From Myxococcota bacterium (GTDB lineage: Bacteria; Myxococcota_A; UBA9160; PR03): DNA of 15,777 bases. The position numbers and the translations under genes were made by a program. The stretch is from NCBI GenBank assembly GCA_041611735.1, contig JBFIML010000064.1:1-15777 (forward strand), given 5' to 3'. Positions 7,223 to 15,777 of the stretch are shown here, one piece after another (within the stretch, counting starts at the first letter, position 1; the number at the start of each line of letters is the position of its first letter). The notes beneath the pieces are model-generated. The model did no database searches, was not told where the DNA came from, and saw only the letters and a program-made list of their open reading frames with translations.

Positions 7223-9060
7223 CCGAACGACCGCTCCCGGTGGCGTCGGCCTATGCCCCGTGGACCGACGCCGGGCTGTTCGAGATCTCCTGGGAGGTCG
7301 GCAACCAGGTGGGCGGGATCTACCAGGTGCTGCGCTCCAAGGCGGCCGCCATGGTGCAGCGTTGGAGCGACCGTTACCTGCTGGTGGGGCCCCACGTGCG
7401 CGGCCAGGCGGAGCTCGAGCTGGAGCCGGAGTCCGCCTCGGACTGGATCGCCGACGTGCTGGCGGCCCTTGCCGCCGAGGGGCTTGCTGCCGAGCACGGG
7501 CGCTGGCTCGTGCCCGGCCGTCCGCGGGCCATCCTGCTGAGCCACCAGCTCGCCCCCGAGCGGCTGGCGGCGCTCCGGCAGGAGCTCGCCGACCGGCACG
7601 GCATCCCGCCGAGCCCTGGCGACCCCCTGGTGGACGACGTGCTCGGCTTCGGCGACGCGGTGCGGCGCCTGCTGGCCGCGGCCACGCGCCAGGCGGGCAC
7701 TCCCGGCGCGGCGCGACGCGGCGCCCCGCGGCGCCTGCTGGCCCACTTCCACGAGTGGCTGGGCGCCGTGGCCCTGCCCCTGCTGCAGCGGGAGAAGCCA
7801 CCCCTCGCGACGGTCTTCACCACCCACGCCACCTCGGCGGGGCGCTTCGTGGCATCGAGCCAGGCGGACCTCTACGAGCGCCTGCCGGACCTGGACGCGG
7901 AGGCCGAGGCCGGGCGCTACGGGATCCGCACCCAGCACGCCATCGAGCGGCTGTGCGCCCGGGAGTGCCGCGTCTTCACCACCGTCTCCCCCATCACGGG
8001 CGAGGAGTGCGAGCTGCTGCTGGGTCGCAAGCCGGACCTCGTCACTCCCAACGGCCTCAACATCGATCGCTTCGACGTGGGACACGACTTCCAGACCCAT
8101 CACGCCCAGTACAAGGAGCAGATCCACCGCTTCGTGATGGGGCACTTCTTCCCGAGCCAGGCCTTCGACCTGGACCGCACGCTCTACTTCTTCAACGCCG
8201 GGCGCTTCGAGCCGCGCAACAAGGGCTTCGACCTCTGCCTGGAGACCATGGCCCGCCTGAACGCGGAGCTGCGCACCGCAGACCTGGGAATCCACGTCGT
8301 CTTCTTCATCGTGACCGCGCGCTCGACCCGCTCCCTGGATCCCCACGCGCTGCGCGCACGCGGTGTGCTCGACGAGCTGCTCGAGGTCTCCCGGCGCATC
8401 GGCGCCGACGTGGGCGAGCGCCTGTTCCGCCGCTCCGCCGCCGGCGAGCGCGTCTCCCTGGACGAGCTGGTGGAGGAGTACTGGCGGCTCCGTCACCGGC
8501 GCGTCCAGCACGCCTTCCGCATGGAGCGCCTGCCGCCCGTCTCGACCCACGTGCTGGACGACGAGGGGAGCGACCCGGTGCTGACGCACCTGAGAACGCT
8601 GGGCCTGCGCAATGCGCCCGAGGACGCCGTGAAGATCGTCTACCACCCGGAGTTCATCAGCCCCGTGAGCCCGCTCTGGGGCATGGACTACGAGCACTTC
8701 GTGCGCGGCTGCCACCTCGGGATCTTCCCGAGCAGCTACGAGCCCTGGGGCTACACGCCGCTCGAGTGCGTGGCCATGGGCGTGCCGGCCATCACCAGCG
8801 ACCTGGCGGGCTTCGGCCGCTACGTCTCGGAGGTCTTCCCGGATCACGACGACTGGGGGCTCGTGGTGCTGCGTCGCCGGGGCCGGAGCTTCCACGACGC
8901 CGCGGCGGACCTGACGCGTCGCGTGCTGCGCTTCTGCCGCCTCGACCGCCGCGGGCGCATCGCCCTGCGCAACGAGGTGGAGGCCCACTCCCGGGCCTTC
9001 GACTGGTCACGGCTCGCGAGCGCCTACCACGAGGCCCACGACCAGGCCCTGGGGGGCTGA
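7219..9060 (+). CDS. Glycogen synthase, GT3 (animal/fungal-type) family
   Basis: LFEISWEVGNQVGGIYQVLRSKA, HFHEWLG, TVFTTHAT, VFTTVSPIT, TPNGLN, GRFEPRNKGFD and VRGCHLGIFPSSYEPWGYTPLECVAMGVPAITSDLAGFG match the GSY/GYS family rather than bacterial GlgA (GT5). ATG 7219 overlaps the rnz stop (ATGA). Confidence 0.92.
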   Translation: MTERPLPVASAYAPWTDAGLFEISWEVGNQVGGIYQVLRSKAAAMVQRWSDRYLLVGPHVRGQAELELEPESASDWIADVLAALAAEGLAAEHGRWLVPGRPRAILLSHQLAPERLAALRQELADRHGIPPSPGDPLVDDVLGFGDAVRRLLAAATRQAGTPGAARRGAPRRLLAHFHEWLGAVALPLLQREKPPLATVFTTHATSAGRFVASSQADLYERLPDLDAEAEAGRYGIRTQHAIERLCARECRVFTTVSPITGEECELLLGRKPDLVTPNGLNIDRFDVGHDFQTHHAQYKEQIHRFVMGHFFPSQAFDLDRTLYFFNAGRFEPRNKGFDLCLETMARLNAELRTADLGIHVVFFIVTARSTRSLDPHALRARGVLDELLEVSRRIGADVGERLFRRSAAGERVSLDELVEEYWRLRHRRVQHAFRMERLPPVSTHVLDDEGSDPVLTHLRTLGLRNAPEDAVKIVYHPEFISPVSPLWGMDYEHFVRGCHLGIFPSSYEPWGYTPLECVAMGVPAITSDLAGFGRYVSEVFPDHDDWGLVVLRRRGRSFHDAAADLTRRVLRFCRLDRRGRIALRNEVEAHSRAFDWSRLASAYHEAHDQALGG

Positions 9061-9078
9061 CGGCCCGTCCGCCCCGGG

Positions 9079-10623
9079 TCAGACCCCTCGTTCGAGCATC
9101 CGGTGGGCGGCCCGGTCCGCCAGCGTCATGACCGGGATCATGGTGTGGGTGGCGGCGCTGGTGGGCATGACCGAGGCGTCCACCACGTAGATGCGGGGCA
9201 GGGTGTGCAGGCGATGCTCGGGGTCCACCACGCCGCTGCCCGCGTCCAGGCTCATGCGGCAGCTGCCCTGCACGTGGGCGGAGATGAAGCGCGTGACCCC
9301 GGTCCGGATCGGAAAGGCCAGAGCGCGGTCGAGTTCGTCGGGACTCCGCAGCGGCGGGAAGACGTCGCTCCCGAAGTCCACCTCCCGGGCGCCGGCCGCA
9401 AGGAAGAGCTCGGCGGCGTGGCGCAGGCCCCGGCGCAGGCGGGCCTTCCACGCCTCGCTCATGGTGTAGTCGATGCGCGCCCGGAAGCCCCGGGCGCCGT
9501 CCAGCTCCCAGGCCATGGCGCCCGAAGGCCGGTCCGGCACCAGCAGGAGGGCCAGGGCCGTGTGTCGCAGGCGAGCCATGCGCGCCTTGTGGGCCGTCCC
9601 GAAGCCCGGAAGGCCCGCCGCCACCTGGGCCATGCCTGCCGAGATGGCCTCCAGCCGGAAGCCTCCGAGCCCGTGCTCCGGGCGGTTGTCGTCGAAGGCG
9701 GAGCAGTAGGCGGCCTGGGGAATGCCGCGCCAGGCGGTCACGTCCACGGAGTCCGGGAACGACGCGGAGACGGTCATCTGCGGCTGCAGGGACACGTTGC
9801 GGCCGAGCTGGGGGAGCCCGCGGTCCAGGCCCGAGGCGCGTAGGATGGCGGGGCTGTGCACGGCCCCGGCGGCGAGCACCACGCGCTCCGCCTCGATGGC
9901 GAAGGGCAGCCGCGCGACGCGCGGGCCGCGCTCCACCACGGAGCCCGTGACCCGCAGGCGCCCGCCGCCGACCTGCTCGATGCGCTCGGCCCGCAGGTCC
10001 ACGTAGACGTCGGCTCCGGCTGCCACCGCCTGCGGCAGGTAGTTGAGATGGGCGCCCTTCTTGGCGTCGTAGGCGCAGCCGACCAGGCAGTAGCCGCTCC
10101 CGATGCAGCCGCTGCGGTTGTGGAGGAAGGTTCCGGCCTGGAGGCCCAGGCGCCGGGCGCCCTCCAGGACGATCTGGTTGTTGCGGTTCACCTCGCCGGG
10201 CCGGATCGGCTGCACGCCGAGCATGGCGAAGACCCGCCGCTCCGAGTCGGCGAGCTTCTCGGGATCGAGCTCCGTGAGACCGAGCAGCCGCTTCCAGTGG
10301 GCGTAGACCTCCGGCGGCGTCGGCACGCAGTCGGCCGTGTTGATCACCGTGGAGCCGCCGTAGCAGGAGCCCTGGAGCACGTTCACCAGGCCGTCGCCGG
10401 TGAGCTGCTGGCCCCGGTTGCGGTAGAGGGCGGCCAGCATCTCGTCGGGGCGCTGGGTGAAGTCGCGCGCCGTGAAGTAACCGCCCTCCTCGACGACCAG
10501 CGTCTCGACGCCGTGGCGGGCCAGGGTGTGGGCGACGACGGCGCCGCCGGAGCCCGAGCCGACCACCACGGTGTGCGTGCGACGCGTCAGCGCCCGGGTG
10601 ATCGCGTGGCCCTGGACGATCAC
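9079..10623 (-). CDS. GMC-family FAD oxidoreductase, large subunit
   Basis: VVVGSGSGG dinucleotide motif, LVVEEG, GSCYGGSTVIN, Cys cluster CIGSGYCLVGC, VVLAAGAVHSPAIL, SAHVQGSCRM, IYVVDASVMPT. GTG 10623 overlaps the upstream TGA (GTGA). Confidence 0.9.
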   Translation of the reverse strand: MIVQGHAITRALTRRTHTVVVGSGSGGAVVAHTLARHGVETLVVEEGGYFTARDFTQRPDEMLAALYRNRGQQLTGDGLVNVLQGSCYGGSTVINTADCVPTPPEVYAHWKRLLGLTELDPEKLADSERRVFAMLGVQPIRPGEVNRNNQIVLEGARRLGLQAGTFLHNRSGCIGSGYCLVGCAYDAKKGAHLNYLPQAVAAGADVYVDLRAERIEQVGGGRLRVTGSVVERGPRVARLPFAIEAERVVLAAGAVHSPAILRASGLDRGLPQLGRNVSLQPQMTVSASFPDSVDVTAWRGIPQAAYCSAFDDNRPEHGLGGFRLEAISAGMAQVAAGLPGFGTAHKARMARLRHTALALLLVPDRPSGAMAWELDGARGFRARIDYTMSEAWKARLRRGLRHAAELFLAAGAREVDFGSDVFPPLRSPDELDRALAFPIRTGVTRFISAHVQGSCRMSLDAGSGVVDPEHRLHTLPRIYVVDASVMPTSAATHTMIPVMTLADRAAHRMLERGV

Positions 10624-11174
10624 GCAGGCGCCCGCTTGCGCTCCACCCAGGGCCCGTCGTAGCCGGTGGCGGGCCAGCTCGCGTCCTGCGCGTAGAAGAC
10701 GAACAGGCAGAGCTGCTTCAAGGCGCCGAACACCTCCCGGGCGAAGCCCAGGCGGCTGTCGCGCAGCGCCTCCAGGCAGGCGCTGCGCCCGGAGCGGTCG
10801 AGGCTCGAGAAGCGACCCAGGCGTCCGGCCAGCAGCGGGCTTCCCCACTCCACCAGCCGCAGCGCCCCGGCGAGGCCGCTCGCGAGCTCCGGGTCCTCGT
10901 CCGCCAGCCAGGCGTCCACGTGCCGGGCCAGCTCGACGCTCGCCGCGCCCGCCTCGAAGGGGCCGCCCGGCGGGACGAGCGTATCGGCCACCACTGCCAG
11001 CAGCGCGTGGTCCTCGGGCGAGAGGACCCGCAGTCCCGGCGGGGCTGCGCCCTCGCCGTCCGGGGCGCAGGCGGCCCCGAGGCCGGGCAGGGCCAGGAAG
11101 GCGCCGGCCGCCTGCACGGAGCGGCGCAGGAAGACGCGGCGCGAGAGCTCGGGGATGGTCACTGGTCGAATCAC
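10620..11174 (-). CDS. Gluconate 2-dehydrogenase subunit 3-like small subunit with Tat signal
   Basis: Twin-arginine motif SRRVFLRR, hydrophobic stretch ending LGAAC, LLAVVADTLVP, FSSLD, FYA...WPATGYDGP; translationally coupled to the GMC gene. Start may be GTG 11162. Confidence 0.8.
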   Translation of the reverse strand: MIRPVTIPELSRRVFLRRSVQAAGAFLALPGLGAACAPDGEGAAPPGLRVLSPEDHALLAVVADTLVPPGGPFEAGAASVELARHVDAWLADEDPELASGLAGALRLVEWGSPLLAGRLGRFSSLDRSGRSACLEALRDSRLGFAREVFGALKQLCLFVFYAQDASWPATGYDGPWVERKRAPA

Positions 11175-11188
11175 CCCGCGGCCGGGCG

Positions 11189-13015
<1,827 letters not shown>

Positions 13016-13054
13016 CGGGGGGGTCTCCTATCTTCCGCTTCAACCAACTCGCAA

Positions 13055-14851
13055 CTACGGGCTCCCGGAGACGGGTCGCCCGCGCACACCCAGTGCAGCC
13101 CGCCGCTCCTCGAGCTGACGTTGCTTCGCCTCGAGGAAGCGGGCCGCGTCGAGATTCGGGTCCGCGGCCCCTTGCCGCGTGAGCGCGCGGCGGGCCGTCA
13201 GATGGTTTCGCTCGCGCAGCCGCGCCAGCGTCTCGGCCAGCGCCCGCTCCGCCTCGGGAGCCTCGAGGGCGGGCTCCTCGCCCACGGCGAGCGCCAGCAG
13301 CAGGGACGCCGCCTCGCCTCCCAGCTGCTCGGCGAGCTCGGCCACCCGCAGGCGCCCGGCGCGGGCAGCCTCCACGAGCGGGGGCAGGATCTGGCTCCAG
13401 GCGGGATCCGGCACGAGCTCCGCCACCTCGCCCGGATCGAGGCCGGCCCCGAGCACCGGGTGGTCGATCACCAAACGGGCCAGCCGCACGGCGAAGCGGG
13501 TCTCCGGGCCCGGCGCGCGACGGGGCGGGGCGGTGGGCGGCTCCGGCTCGGCGCGGCGGGCGTCGGGGCGCGCCTCCCGGCGCACGGCCGCCGCCACGTC
13601 CTCCGGCCGGGTATCCGAGGCGAGGGCCAGGCGCCGCATGGACTCGCCGCGCTCCACCGGGTCCGGGATCGCCGCCAGGAGCGGCACCAGCGCCGCCACG
13701 GCGTCGGCCTTCTCCCAGGGCGTCGCGCAGCCCCGGGCGAGGGTGCGTCGCATCACCCGGTCCAGGGCGGCGGGCGCCTGCTCCACCCGCTGGCGCAGTG
13801 CCTCGGGCCCCTCGCGCGCCAGCAGGCTGTCGGGGTCCTCGCCCGCCGGAAGCGCCGCGGCGCGCACCCGCAGACCTTCGGGCAGCAGCACCGTGAGCGC
13901 CCGCTCCACGGCGCGCTCGCCGGCCTCGTCCCCATCGAAGACCAGCACGACGTCGCGGGTGCGGCGACGTAAGTGCCGGGCGTGCTCGGCGGTGAGTGCC
14001 GTGCCGCAGGTGGCCAGGGCCTCCTCGATTCCGGCCCGGTGCAGGGCCAGCAGGTCGAAGTAGCCCTCCACCACCACGGCGCGCCCGTTGCGGCGGATGG
14101 GGGCCAGGGCGTCCGGAAAGCCGTAGAAGGCCTCGCGCTTGCGGAACAGCGGGCTCTCCGGCGTGTTCAGGTACTTGGGCTCCTGGTCCGGCTCGAGGGC
14201 GCGGCCCCCGAAGCCCACGATGCGACCGCGCACGTCCCGGATCGGGAAGACCAGGCGACCGCGCAGCCGGTCGTAGTGCCCGCCGTCCCCTCCCGAACGC
14301 TCGGCCAGGAGACCCGCCTGGGCGCCCACCTCGGCCGGGATGCGGGCCCGGGCCAGGCCGCGGGTCACCGCATCCCAACGCGGCGGGGCGAGCCCGATGC
14401 CGAAGCGCTCCACCCACTCCGCCTCGATCCCCCGCTCGGCCAGGTACGCGCGCGCCTGCGCACCCCCGGGGCCCGCCAGGGCCGTCCGGTAGAGCTCCTG
14501 GGCCACGCGGTTCGCCTCGCACAGCCGCTCGGCGACACCGGCGGCGGCGCCGTCGGCTTCCGGCACCTCGATGCCGCACTCCCGGGCCAGGGCGCGCACG
14601 GCCTCCGGGAAGGAGAGGTTCTCCTGCCGCATCAGGAAGCCGAACGCGTCGCCCCCCACGTCACAGCCGAAGCAGTGGAAGATCTGGCGCTCGGGATGGA
14701 CGTGGAAGGAGGGAGTCTTCTCGGTGTGGAAGGGGCAGAGGCCCTTGAAGCTGCGGCCAACCTGCCGGAGCGCCACGTGACGCGCCACCAGGTCGACGAT
14801 CTCGACGCGGTCCCGGATCGCGTGAATGATGTCGTCGGAGATCCGGCCCAC
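13055..14851 (-). CDS. dnaG: DNA primase
   Basis: Zn finger CPFHTEKTPSF...HCFGC, FPIRD...GFGGR, KYLNTPE, TOPRIM VVVEGYFD / GTALT / FDGDEAG, DPD; lies between rpsU and rpoD. Confidence 0.97.
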   Translation of the reverse strand: MGRISDDIIHAIRDRVEIVDLVARHVALRQVGRSFKGLCPFHTEKTPSFHVHPERQIFHCFGCDVGGDAFGFLMRQENLSFPEAVRALARECGIEVPEADGAAAGVAERLCEANRVAQELYRTALAGPGGAQARAYLAERGIEAEWVERFGIGLAPPRWDAVTRGLARARIPAEVGAQAGLLAERSGGDGGHYDRLRGRLVFPIRDVRGRIVGFGGRALEPDQEPKYLNTPESPLFRKREAFYGFPDALAPIRRNGRAVVVEGYFDLLALHRAGIEEALATCGTALTAEHARHLRRRTRDVVLVFDGDEAGERAVERALTVLLPEGLRVRAAALPAGEDPDSLLAREGPEALRQRVEQAPAALDRVMRRTLARGCATPWEKADAVAALVPLLAAIPDPVERGESMRRLALASDTRPEDVAAAVRREARPDARRAEPEPPTAPPRRAPGPETRFAVRLARLVIDHPVLGAGLDPGEVAELVPDPAWSQILPPLVEAARAGRLRVAELAEQLGGEAASLLLALAVGEEPALEAPEAERALAETLARLRERNHLTARRALTRQGAADPNLDAARFLEAKQRQLEERRAALGVRGRPVSGSP

Positions 14852-14865
14852 CGCCCGCGCTCCTC

Positions 14866-15063
14866 TCAGCGCGCCATCTTCTTCAGCTTCTTCAAGGCAC
14901 GTTTTCGCGCGGCAGCGGCCTTCTTCTTGCGCCGGATGCTGGGCTTGTCGTAGGAGTCCCTGCGTCGAAGCTCGGTGAGGATGCCTGCCTTCTCCACCTG
15001 CTTCTTGAAGCGCTTGAGCGCCTGCTCGAAGGACTCGTTCTCCTTGATCTTGATTACCGGCAA
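14866..15063 (-). CDS. rpsU: 30S ribosomal protein S21
   Basis: [41 protein letters not shown] is typical bS21; TTG start with GAGGG upstream. Confidence 0.97.
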   Translation of the reverse strand: MPVIKIKENESFEQALKRFKKQVEKAGILTELRRRDSYDKPSIRRKKKAAAARKRALKKLKKMAR

Positions 15064-15169
15064 GCCCTCATCTCCCGCGCAATCAGATGCAACCGCGCCG
15101 CCGGCAAAAAACCCCAGGTCGGAAGAGGAAGTGTCTCCGATCGGGCTCGCGTGTCACGCTTGCCGGTCC

Positions 15170-15194
15170 CCTGCCGGCCTCGAAAGCCGGCAGG
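15170..15194. other. Strong GC hairpin in the hisF-rpsU intergenic region
   Basis: CCTGCCGGC (15170-15178) and GCCGGCAGG (15186-15194) are perfect inverted repeats; the minus-strand loop contains UUCG. There is no adjacent U-tract, so it is not a classic intrinsic terminator. Confidence 0.5.
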
Positions 15195-15245
15195 CGCCGG
15201 CCCTGCCCGCCGTCCTCCCACGGGTTTGTGCGGCGGAAGCCGACG

Positions 15246-15777
<532 letters not shown>

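Noticed and set aside
15088-15104. Sigma-54 promoter (GG-N10-GC) upstream of rpsU on the minus strand
   Set aside because: Spacing and TTGCA fit, but the -24 element lacks TGGCAC; such matches are common in GC-rich DNA.

Overview
Very GC-rich bacterial window, probably Myxococcota/deltaproteobacterial (inferred from a PilT paralog, a standalone PilZ protein and protein style). From left to right it holds: the edge of an integrative element (tyrosine integrase whose frame runs through the att region and ends inside the antisense strand of a CAU tRNA, most likely tRNA-Ile2); a lipase-type alpha/beta hydrolase; a PilT-family ATPase; a secreted GH10 glycoside hydrolase; a PilZ protein; RNase Z coupled to a eukaryote-type (GT3) glycogen synthase; a GMC oxidoreductase with a Tat-signal small subunit; the rpsU-dnaG-rpoD operon; and the 3' part of hisF. 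The most unusual signals are (1) an in-frame 60-bp palindromic tandem repeat (20-aa unit) inside hisF, with an exact 19-bp piece of it 5 kb away at a gene junction, (2) the integrase-tRNA overlap with tandem 11-bp repeats and an atypical YEGTKH catalytic motif, and (3) a bacterial GT3 synthase that appears to keep the glucose-6-phosphate activation site. All calls come from reading motifs by eye; no database search was run.
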